A stretch of DNA of 51,762 bases. Source: Candidatus Vecturithrix granuli. Its GTDB lineage: Bacteria; Moduliflexota; Moduliflexia; Moduliflexales; Moduliflexaceae. The DNA lies in contig DF820466.1 of NCBI GenBank assembly GCA_000739535.1, positions 351,071 through 402,832 of the forward strand, read 5' to 3'. Below are positions 15,220-24,400 of the stretch, piece after piece. A model generated the notes under the pieces. That model was not told the DNA's origin. It saw only the letters and a program-made list of their open reading frames with translations, and ran no database searches. Position numbers and translations under genes: made by a program. Within the stretch, counting starts at the first letter, position 1, and every line of letters starts with the position of its first letter.

Positions 15220-16818
15220 ATGAGATCAATGATCACACGCATCACATCCAATTTGCAAGTTCAGGTAGCAGCGATGATCTGCCTGATTATTCTGATTGTC
15301 CTCGGAGTGGGTACCATTGTTGGGGTGAACGAAATTGAGCGAAATTATATCGAAGCGCTCGAATGGCGATCTGAAGCATTAGCTCAAAACCTTGTTTCTG
15401 CGCTCCACAATCGACTCTTACATTCTTCTGACGATAGGTCAATACGTGATGTATTGCGGGAATTTTCAACAGAGTGCCGCCAATTATTCGAATTATACAA
15501 AACAAGACACGTGACCCATGTTGCGATTATTGATGCGGCTGATATGATCGTCGCGCATAACGATCAACTTTTTGAGGATCGACCGATAAGTCGTGTTCTA
15601 CGCGAAACAGCGAAAATCCCTGAAACCACAATTGTCCTGGATCAGGGGATATATCATACCTTTGTGCCGATTAACACCGCGCAGCACGGACGACTGGGGG
15701 TCATTGATATAGGTTTTTCCGAACAGATTGTTCAGGAAAAAATCCGGCGTACTCTTTTTACCACATTCTGGCTATTTTTCTTACTTCCCGTTCTGGCAGG
15801 CGCAGGGTTTATTTGGCTAAGTCGTCCCCTGCTGTCGCCTATTCAGGAAATAATGCAAACAACTGAACGAATTTCCACGGGCGATTTGACCAATATCATA
15901 GTTCCGGAACAAGGGCGCGGAGAAATCCGGCGGCTTACCCACGCATTTCGGATCATGGCCCGGAATTTATATACGATTACGCAGCAAGTTCGACGAGCCG
16001 GAGACCTCATAAAAAACGCCACACATGAAATCCTTGCGGCAACGGATCAATTAGCCGCTGCCCTGGAAGAACAATCGGCCTCGGTGTTGCAGACATCGGC
16101 GACCATGGAAAGTGTGGTAGCGGCTTCCCAACAAATTTCCCAGAGCACAGATGCGGTGGTCCAGATTGCGCAGAAAACCCGTACTGACGCACAACAAGGC
16201 TTGCAAGTCTCGGAAGACACGCTCAAAAAAATGCAGGAAATTGCGGAAGCAAACCGCACAGATACGGAACACATCCAAAACCTCGGTCGCCAATCCGGAG
16301 AGATTGCGCGGATTATGGATGTGATTGATACAATTGCAGACCAGACTAAACTTATCGCATTTAACGCCTCATTAGAAGCTGCTGGAGCCGGAACCGCCGG
16401 AAAACGGTTCGGCATCGTGGCTCAGGAGATCCGCCATCTGGCGGACAGCGTCTTCGGGTCAACCAAAAGCATTCGCCAGACTCTGGCGGATATCCAATCT
16501 TTGGTCCAATCCCTGATTGCCTCGTCGGAAAAAAGCACCAGCAGCATTCACGAGGGCGGAGAATTCACTGGTCTGACGACAGAATGGCTGAAGGAAATTT
16601 TGAAAGGTACGGCCAAAACCACGAATGCCGCCCAAAAGATTTCTCGTTCTATTTTGGGGCAGCAGCGCGCCAGTGAAGAAATTTCAGCGGCTTTGAAAGA
16701 AATCTCGATCAATATCGATCAGTTTGCCCGCTCAAGCGCGATTACCCGAGATATTGCCAGCAAACTCGATACGCTCTCAAAAGAATTGGATGAAGTGTTG
16801 AAAGTATTTAAATTGTGA
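15220..16818 (+). CDS. Methyl-accepting chemotaxis protein (two TM helices, an extracytoplasmic sensor region, HAMP, and an MCP signalling domain)
   Basis: TM1 is AAMICLIILIVLGV and TM2 is FWLFFLLPVLAGAGFIWL. A HAMP-like segment follows (LSPIQEIMQTTERISTGDL), and then the MCP signalling core IADQTKLIAFNASLEAAGAGTAGKRFGIVAQEIRHLA. Confidence 0.8.
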   Translation: MRSMITRITSNLQVQVAAMICLIILIVLGVGTIVGVNEIERNYIEALEWRSEALAQNLVSALHNRLLHSSDDRSIRDVLREFSTECRQLFELYKTRHVTHVAIIDAADMIVAHNDQLFEDRPISRVLRETAKIPETTIVLDQGIYHTFVPINTAQHGRLGVIDIGFSEQIVQEKIRRTLFTTFWLFFLLPVLAGAGFIWLSRPLLSPIQEIMQTTERISTGDLTNIIVPEQGRGEIRRLTHAFRIMARNLYTITQQVRRAGDLIKNATHEILAATDQLAAALEEQSASVLQTSATMESVVAASQQISQSTDAVVQIAQKTRTDAQQGLQVSEDTLKKMQEIAEANRTDTEHIQNLGRQSGEIARIMDVIDTIADQTKLIAFNASLEAAGAGTAGKRFGIVAQEIRHLADSVFGSTKSIRQTLADIQSLVQSLIASSEKSTSSIHEGGEFTGLTTEWLKEILKGTAKTTNAAQKISRSILGQQRASEEISAALKEISINIDQFARSSAITRDIASKLDTLSKELDEVLKVFKL

Positions 16819-17129
16819 ACCTGATACTAAGTAACTGCAAGGATTTCTCATAAGAAAAGGATTTCTGAATATTGCCTGAAAACAAATGTTTTGCCACAGT
16901 AAAAGTTCAGACAAATTATTTGTAATCATTAAAATTTTTGAACTTTTGTGTGAAAATAAAACGCGACTATCAGGCAAAAGTCCGGAAATCCTTGCTTATA
17001 AAAAATCTTTGTAGTTACTTACATTGTTACAGTTTGCAGAAATTTTATTAAAAATGACACTGATGTTGCTTGACAGACCGGGCTTTCAAAATATACATGG
17101 CATGACGAAATAACTACAAGGAGGAATCT

Positions 17130-17954
17130 ATGAAAACAGAAGTATTGCAGAGAATATCAACTCTTCAGGAAGGGACGCAGGGTTGGACATTCACCTCGCA
17201 GCAAGTTGACGATGTGTTCACGATTCGGGTAGCTTTGCCAGCCAGTTATGAACGCTCTGAGCAATCGTATCCGGTGTTATATGTGCTCGATGGCGATCGC
17301 AGTTTCGGCCTGGCCGCGTCAACTATAGCCTATATTAATTTAGGCAGCAATTTTGGGATGGGCAAGCAGATTCCGGAGATGATTGTGGTCGGAATCGGCT
17401 ATGAACGCGGAGTGATCCCCTGGTTATTCACACGGGTGCGCGATTTTACACCCACGGTAGATCCGACCTTCAATTACAACAATCCGAATTTCCGCATTCC
17501 CGTCAGTGGCAAAGCAGAAGCGTTTTTATCCTGCCTGCGGGAAGAATTGATGCCTGCGCTGAAGTCGCAGTACCGCATTGACCCCGCCCTGAGCATGGTC
17601 GCCTCGCATTCAATGGCCGGGCTTTTTGCATTGTATGCGATGCTGCAGCCTGAACAACTCTTTCAGAAATATCTGGCCGTCTGCCCCTTTGTTGGCTGGG
17701 ATAACAATATCCTTTTTGAGCTTGAAGAACGCTATGCTCGAGCACATCAGGAATTGCAGGTCGAGGTCTTCTTTGCCATCACCGGACACGAACCGACGCC
17801 GCCGTATCGCGAAGAAGTTCAGGCATTTTTCGAGCGTCTTCAGCAAAGACAGTATCGCAATTTCAGATGTCATCTGGCATTATATCTTGAGGACAATCAT
17901 TTTTCGGTCTGGTCAAAAGCCTTCATTGACGGGCTGGTGTATCTTTTTAAGTAG
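17130..17954 (+). CDS. Alpha/beta-hydrolase esterase (enterochelin/siderophore esterase-like)
   Basis: YPVLYVLDGD and the nucleophile-elbow-like HSMAGLFALYA are present. The gene lies upstream of an iron-siderophore-type ABC binding protein and permease. RBS AAGGAGG. Confidence 0.6.
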   Translation: MKTEVLQRISTLQEGTQGWTFTSQQVDDVFTIRVALPASYERSEQSYPVLYVLDGDRSFGLAASTIAYINLGSNFGMGKQIPEMIVVGIGYERGVIPWLFTRVRDFTPTVDPTFNYNNPNFRIPVSGKAEAFLSCLREELMPALKSQYRIDPALSMVASHSMAGLFALYAMLQPEQLFQKYLAVCPFVGWDNNILFELEERYARAHQELQVEVFFAITGHEPTPPYREEVQAFFERLQQRQYRNFRCHLALYLEDNHFSVWSKAFIDGLVYLFK

Positions 17955-17971
17955 GTTACTATTTAACTCAT

Positions 17972-18112
17972 CTTTTCGCCGTAGGTGATCCAGTATTGTA
18001 GCAACGAGGGAAGCTCACCCTTCCCTCCTTTCTTTCGCCGTAGGCGATCCGCAACCGCTACGCGGTAGGTATGGAGATGAGGGGGAATGATTGTCGTTGC
18101 TACAATACTTGA
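17972..18112. repeat. MITE-like element, family H (TTTCGCCGTAGGCGATCC...CGCAACCGCTACGCGGTAGG with CAGTATTGTAGCAAC termini)
   Basis: Seen in sequence. A second copy is at 44790-44882. Confidence 0.7.
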
Positions 18113-18229
18113 AGCACTACGTGCTAAATAGTTACGCATACTTGAGGAACTACAAGGATGGCTCATAAGAAGGGGATAAAACATCCTTTTCTTATGAGCC
18201 ATCCTTGTAGTTCTCCACAACAAATACTT

Positions 18230-19303
18230 ATGCGAAAAATTATCATTGTTTCTATGCTTGTCGTTATAGTCCTTTTCATGTCTGGGGCCACATGTTTACA
18301 CGCTCAACAGATTATCGTAACCGATGCCCTGGAACGCCAGATCAATTTTGAAACCCCGCCGCAGCGCATCGTTGTGACAGGTAAGGCGTTTTTTATGATT
18401 ACCGACGCGCTCTATCTGTTTCCCGCAGCCGCTGACCGCATTGCGGCGACGGGGATTTTTCAACAAGGGGCGCAAAGTTTTATCGCCATGCTTGATCCGA
18501 AAGCCGCGGAGAAAGCCGTCTTCGCCCCCAATGCCGGAGCTGAACAAATTGCAGCCTTTCAGCCGGATGCGGTGATTCTCAAAAGCTATCTGGCCGAATC
18601 CCTGGGCACAACTCTCGACGTGCTCGGCATCCCGGTCGTGTATGTCGATCTGGAGACTCCAGAACAATATCTGCGCGATTTACGGATTATAGGTGATTTG
18701 TTCGGACAACCTGAACGTGCGGAAGAACTGGTGGAGTATTATCAACATGGGGTCGAAGAAATTCAAACGGCCTTACACGATCTGGCCGCAACACAGACGC
18801 CGCGGGTTTTGCTGCTGAATTATTCTAATAAAGATGGAGTGACAGCTTTTCAGGTCCCACCATTAAATTGGATTCAAACCCGTCTGGTGGAACTTGCTGG
18901 TGGGGAACCGGTCTGGCGCGAGAGCAATCCGGGCAAAGGCTGGTCAACCGTGACGCTGGAACAGATTTCGGCCTGGGACGCGGATGTTATCCTTATCGTC
19001 TCGTATTTCAAAAATCTGACGGAAGTTCTGCGGGAAATCAAGGCAGATCAAACCTGGAACGCCGTGCGCGCAGTGCAGACAAACCATCTTTATGCCTTTC
19101 CTGGAGATTTGAACATCTGGGATCAGCCGAATCCGCGCTGGATTCTGGGACTGACCTGGTTGGCGCAGAAACTCCATTCTGAAAGGTTCGCGGATGTCGA
19201 TATTATTGCCGTAACCCAGGAGTTTTATCAAAAATTATATAATCTGGATACGGCGTTTTTTGAAACCCATCTACGCCCGATGTTGCAAGGAGATTTGCAG
19301 TGA
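18230..19303 (+). CDS. ABC transporter periplasmic substrate-binding protein, class III (iron-siderophore/cobalamin FecB/BtuF-like)
   Basis: It has a signal peptide (MRKIIIVSMLVVIVLFMSGATCLHAQ) and is adjacent to a FecCD permease with a 4-nt overlap. The start was trimmed to the ATG at 18230 because the upstream portion of the ORF is MITE sequence. Confidence 0.7.
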   Translation: MRKIIIVSMLVVIVLFMSGATCLHAQQIIVTDALERQINFETPPQRIVVTGKAFFMITDALYLFPAAADRIAATGIFQQGAQSFIAMLDPKAAEKAVFAPNAGAEQIAAFQPDAVILKSYLAESLGTTLDVLGIPVVYVDLETPEQYLRDLRIIGDLFGQPERAEELVEYYQHGVEEIQTALHDLAATQTPRVLLLNYSNKDGVTAFQVPPLNWIQTRLVELAGGEPVWRESNPGKGWSTVTLEQISAWDADVILIVSYFKNLTEVLREIKADQTWNAVRAVQTNHLYAFPGDLNIWDQPNPRWILGLTWLAQKLHSERFADVDIIAVTQEFYQKLYNLDTAFFETHLRPMLQGDLQ

Positions 19304-20376
19304 AACAAGAAGCTGCCGGTCTCCCTGCGGCAGTAAATGTCCATTCCGGCTCATCTGCTGCTGCCGTACAGACCTGGCAACAACAGTTTGTCCGTCGCCA
19401 GCAGCTTCTCATCTTTTTAGGGGCTGGACTGCTCGGCTTAATTGTTCTGTCGCTGTTGTTCGGCCGCTATCCTGACTTGGGCCTGCTGACGCCGCAGCGG
19501 ATTTTACAAGACAAAATGGCCTGGCGTTTAGTGCTGTACCTGCGTTTTCCCCGCATTCTCACGGCGGTGCTGTCAGGTATGACCCTGGCGGCCGCCGGAT
19601 TGACCTTTCAAACGATTTTTGCGAATCCTCTGGTCGAACCGGGTTTTCTGGGCGTTTCCCAGGGCGCAGCTTTTGGCGCGGCCTGTTGTATCGTATTTTT
19701 CAACAGTTCCCTGTGGCTGGTACAAGGTATGGCGATGGTGTTTGCGTTTGCCGGATTAGGCATGACCTATTTACTGGCGCGTCGCATCCGTTACGGCGGC
19801 TGGGTTCTGCGTCTGGTTCTGGCCGGGATCGCTGTTTCAGCCATGTTTTCCGCCGGTTTAGGCATTCTCAAATATCTGGCTGACCCGCTGCGGCAATTGC
19901 CGGAAATTACCTTCTGGCTGCTAGGCGGGCTGGCCGGCGTCACCTGGCCGCGCGCGCTATCAATTCTGCCGCTGATCTGCCTGGGATTGAGTATTCTGCT
20001 GGCTCTGCGCTGGCGCCTGAATCTGCTCTCCCTTAGCGATCAAGTGGCCTTTTCCCTGGGAAGCGACGTGCAGCGCGAACGCCTGCTGCTGCTCGCTGCT
20101 GCGGTAGTCTCCACCGCGGCTATAATTTCCGTGGCTGGTATGGTCGGTTGGGTTGGATTAATTGTCCCGCATATCGTGCGGCGTCTCAGCGGGGCCGACA
20201 CGCGCCACGCCATGCCGCTCTCGCTGCTCATCGGCGGCATGTTTACGCTGATCTGCGATAATCTGGCGCGAACCCTGTTTGCCGGTGAGATTCCCCTGGG
20301 CATTTTGACATCCCTGATCGGGGCTGCCAGCTTTCTTATACTCATGACCCGCCAGACCCATAGAGTCCAGCGATAG
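19300..20376 (+). CDS. FecCD/BtuC-family ABC transporter permease
   Basis: It is polytopic and carries the conserved LLLLAAAVVSTAAIISVAGMVGWVGLIVPHIVRRL region typical of FecCD. Confidence 0.85.
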   Translation: MKQEAAGLPAAVNVHSGSSAAAVQTWQQQFVRRQQLLIFLGAGLLGLIVLSLLFGRYPDLGLLTPQRILQDKMAWRLVLYLRFPRILTAVLSGMTLAAAGLTFQTIFANPLVEPGFLGVSQGAAFGAACCIVFFNSSLWLVQGMAMVFAFAGLGMTYLLARRIRYGGWVLRLVLAGIAVSAMFSAGLGILKYLADPLRQLPEITFWLLGGLAGVTWPRALSILPLICLGLSILLALRWRLNLLSLSDQVAFSLGSDVQRERLLLLAAAVVSTAAIISVAGMVGWVGLIVPHIVRRLSGADTRHAMPLSLLIGGMFTLICDNLARTLFAGEIPLGILTSLIGAASFLILMTRQTHRVQR

Positions 20377-20497
20377 GTTGACAGACCCGTGTAATACTCA
20401 TGAGAGCAACTTTATTGAAGAAACCCTTTTTGCTTGACAAAAACGAAAAAATTCTTGCTGGATGATGGCATGTTTGGAATTCCTGGCTTTCCAATGA

Positions 20498-20905
20498 ATG
20501 AATGAACACATTGTCGGAACAATGAGGATTGGAATAATGGTTGAACAAGGCGAATTGATGCAAAAAAGCAAAAGCCGCACACCGCGTATGAAGCGCCGCG
20601 ACAAACGGATTTTGACGGAATTTGCCACTTTAGTCCGGCAGCAATTTCCGGATGCCCGCATCTGGGCCTTTGGCTCACGGGTGAAGGGGACAGCCACAAA
20701 AGAATCGGATTTGGATGTCTGCGTTGTATTGCCGACCTTAACTCGTGCGATTGATCATACGCTCATGGGCGTTGCCTGGCAAGTCGGATTCGACCATGAG
20801 GTCGTGATTTCGACCGTGACCTACTCAACAGAAGAATTTGAACGCGGGCCCTGTTCGCAAAGTGCGTTAGTCCACAATATTTTAACACAGGGGGTACAGG
20901 CATGA
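20498..20905 (+). CDS. Minimal nucleotidyltransferase (MNT) domain protein
   Basis: The Pol-beta-like NTase motif GSRVKGTATKESDLDVCVV (GS...DxD) is present. ATGA overlap with the downstream HEPN gene. Confidence 0.8.
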   Translation: MNEHIVGTMRIGIMVEQGELMQKSKSRTPRMKRRDKRILTEFATLVRQQFPDARIWAFGSRVKGTATKESDLDVCVVLPTLTRAIDHTLMGVAWQVGFDHEVVISTVTYSTEEFERGPCSQSALVHNILTQGVQA

Positions 20906-21318
20906 CGGCGGAAATGCAAGCGTTAATCAGCTATCGTGTCGAGCAGGCGGATGAAGCCCTGGATTCCGCTCAATCGTTATTGGAGCGCGGTAACTATCGT
21001 TCTGTGGTCAATCGGGCGTATTATGCCATGTTTTATGTTGTGCTGGCGTTGCTTGCGCCGATGAAACAACAAACCTCCAGACATGCATGGGTCATGACGC
21101 TGTTTGACCGGGATTTCGTCAAAATGGGGGTGTTTGGCAAAGATTTTTCACGTTGGTTGCACGAAGCGTTCAATCTTCGCCAGCGCTCAGATTATCAAGA
21201 ATTGTTTACCGTGCCGGTCGAAGACGCACAAACTGTACTTGAGCATGCTCAGCAGTTTGTGGCGGGCGTGAAAACGCATATCACCTCACAGCTTTCAACG
21301 TCAGACGCTGGGGATTAA
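20902..21318 (+). CDS. HEPN domain protein (MNT-HEPN pair)
   Basis: It is helical and carries an R-x(4-6)-H-like motif region RQRSDYQ. It is translationally coupled to the MNT gene. Confidence 0.7.
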   Translation: MTAEMQALISYRVEQADEALDSAQSLLERGNYRSVVNRAYYAMFYVVLALLAPMKQQTSRHAWVMTLFDRDFVKMGVFGKDFSRWLHEAFNLRQRSDYQELFTVPVEDAQTVLEHAQQFVAGVKTHITSQLSTSDAGD

Positions 21319-21465
21319 GTAACTACAAGAATGAAGAATAAACAAGAATTTTCAGACCGTTGCTGAATAGCAATGTTTGTTTGAAAAAAAGTGCGACTAT
21401 CAGGCAAAAACCAGAAAATCCTTGCTTATAAAAAATCCTTGTAGTTATTTAAGAGACGTGTAAGC

Positions 21466-24400
21466 ATGATGACAGAAAAAACATATCAGGTCTTTCTGAG
21501 TTTTAACAGCCAGGATCGGGAGGCAGTGGAACAGATTGCTCTGTATCTGGCTGACAAGGCCGGGCTTCGTCCCTGGTTCGATCAATGGGAACTGATTCCG
21601 GGAGAACCGTGGACCCGCAATCTGGAACGCGGACTGGCAGCCTCTGCAACCTGCGCCGTGTTTGTCGGCAAGAGCGGCGAAGGCCCCTGGCAAATCCGCG
21701 AAGTCGAAACCGCGCTGCGGCACCAGGTCGAGAACTATGACTTCCGGGTCATTCCCGTGCTCTTGCCGGACGCTCCGCAAAAACCGGCGCTCCCCATGTT
21801 TCTCTCCGGGAATATGTGGGTTGACTTTCGTAAAGCCGGACTTGAAGATGACGACGCGCTCTGGCGGTTAGAATGCGGCATTCGCGGAAAATCGCCGGGA
21901 CGCGGCCGTCCGCAGCCAGCCGAACAAATCCAGGAAGACCAGGGAGAGCACAATCAGATCACGCCCGGATTTGACCCCACGCCTCTGCGCAACGCCTATC
22001 TGCGCTGGCTGCTGGAGCAGAGCAGTCAGCTTTCGCTGGCCGGCATTGACAAAAAAGCGGCCGGCAAAGGCGCGGAAGACCATTTAAATTTGAGCGCGAT
22101 TTATACGGCCCTGCTGACGCTTGAAGCTGAGCATGAGCGCGATCAGAAACCGGGTTTTTTGGAAAAACCCGGTTTCTCGTCCGAGGAAAGATCGCAGCGC
22201 CGCCTGTCGGCCGTGGCCCAACTCAACCGTCACGCCCGGTTAGTGCTCTTAGGCGACCCCGGCAGCGGTAAGAGCACCTTTGTCAATTTTGTGGTTTTAT
22301 GTCTGGCCGGAGAACTCTTATTCCCATCGGAAAATGGGCAAGAACCTGCCGACGGGAAAGAGGTTTACCCGAATCTGAAACTTTTGACCGCGCCGCTGCC
22401 GGATGATGAAGGCAACGATGCAGAGGAACCCCAGCCCTGGGAGCATGGCGCGCTGCTGCCGGTGCGCGTGATTCTGCGCGACTTCGCGGCGCGCGGTCTG
22501 CCGCCGGCCGGGCAGGAGGCTAAAGCCAGACACTTATGGCAGTTCATCGTCAAAGAATTACAGGCGAACATGCTTGGCGACTACGCTCCCTTTCTGCGCC
22601 AGCACTTGCAGAGCACAGGCGGTCTGATGCTGCTGGATGGCCTGGATGAAGTGCCGGAAGCGGACCAGCGCCGCCCGCAGATCAAGCAGGTGGTCGAGGA
22701 TTTCGGCCGCTGCTTTCCGCGCTGCCGTATGCTCGTCACCAGCCGCACCTACGCCTATCAGGAGCAGCACTGGCGCTTGAGCCATTTTGAAGACGTCACG
22801 CTGGCGTCTTTCAGCCAGGGACAAATCCGACGTTTTGTGGAGCGCTGGTACGCCTATATCGGCCGTCTGCGCGGCCTGAGCGCGGAGAATGCGCAGGGAC
22901 GGGCGGAATTGCTCAAGCGGGCGATCCTGAACAGCGACCGGCTCTACAGTCTGGCCGAACGGCCCCTGCTGCTGACGCTCATGGCCAGTCTGCACGCCTG
23001 GCGCGGCGGCAGCCTGCCGGAAAAACGCGAAGAACTGTATAACGATACCGTAGATTTGCTGCTCGACTGGTGGGAAAGTGCGAAAATGGCGACTACCGCC
23101 GATGGCAGTCGCAAGCTTGTGCAGCCCAGCCTGACCGAATTGCTCAATGTGGGCAAAGACTGCGTGCGCACAGCGTTGAATACCCTGGCGTTCCGGGCGC
23201 ACAAAGACCAGCAGCAGCTTCAGGGCACCGCCGATCTTGCCGAAACGGATCTGGTGGCTGAACTGATGGAAGTCAGCCAGAATCCAGACCTGAAGCCCGG
23301 GCGGTTAATTGAGCACCTCCGCGACCGCGCCGGATTGCTGGCGCCGCGCGGGGTCAAGGTCTATACCTTTCCGCACCGCACCTTTCAGGAATATCTGGCC
23401 GCCTGTTATTTGACCGAGGTGCAGGACGAGGACGAGCAATACCCGGAAAATGCCGCCCTTTTAGCGCGCCAGGAACCAAACCGCTGGCGCGAAGTGGCGT
23501 TGCTGGCCGGGGCCAAAGCCGCGCGCGGCAGCGCGCCGACCCTCTGGGCTTTGGCCGACGCCTTGTGTTATCAAGACGTGTCCGACACTTCTGACCTGGC
23601 TGACGCCTGGGGCGCGCTGCTGGCCGGCCAACTTGTAGCGGAAAACGCCGGCCTGCATAAGATCAGTCCACGCAACCAGGCCAAAATCAAGCGCATTTGT
23701 GAGTGGCTGGTCGCTATTGTCACAGAACGTGTTCCCTTCGACTCCGCTCAGGGAACGGGAACGGTCTTGCCGGCCGTGGAACGTGCACTGGCCGGGAACA
23801 TCCTGGCGCAGCTTGGGGACCCGCGTCCGGGCGTGGGCTGTCGCTTCCGTTCCCTGAGCGGAGTCGAAGGGAGCGGAGTCGAAGGGAGCGGAGTCGAAGG
23901 GAGCGGAGTCGAAGGGAGCGGAGTCGAAGGGAGCATGAGGCTGCCGAATATTGAATGGTGTGAGGCGTCGGCCGGGGCATTTATTATGGGCAGTGATGAC
24001 TACAGTGATGAACGTCCGCCGCATCGCGTGACGCTTTCAAGATCCTACGCCCTCAGCCGCTATCCGGTCACCAATGCGCAATATCAGACCTTTGTGACGG
24101 ATGGAGGTTATACGGAGAAATGGCAGACATGCTGGTCAAAAGATGGATGGAAATGGAAAGAAGAGCACGCGAAAACCGGACCAGGGAAATATGGCGGGGA
24201 GTTTGACCTGCCCAATCATCCGGTGATTGTGGTGTGCTGGCATGAGGCTGCCGCATTTTGTCAATGGTTGACGCGCCGTTTGCAGAAAATAGGGGAGTTG
24301 ACGGCGGATCAAGAAATTCGTTTACCGACTGAAGCTGAATGGGAAAAAGCGGCGCGCGGTGCGGATGGCCGCACCTATCCCTGGGGCAATGAGGCGATCA

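Noticed and set aside
21445-21780. 111-aa minus-strand ORF overlapping the NACHT gene start
   Set aside because: It is antisense to the strongly supported TIR N-terminus and shows no recognisable domain.
23703-24024. Several 60-190-aa ORFs in other frames over 23461-24024 (RERSRRE repeats, LRSLRLRS repeats, PFDSAPFDS repeats)
   Set aside because: They are products of the 15-nt tandem repeat inside the NACHT CDS read in other frames and on the other strand.
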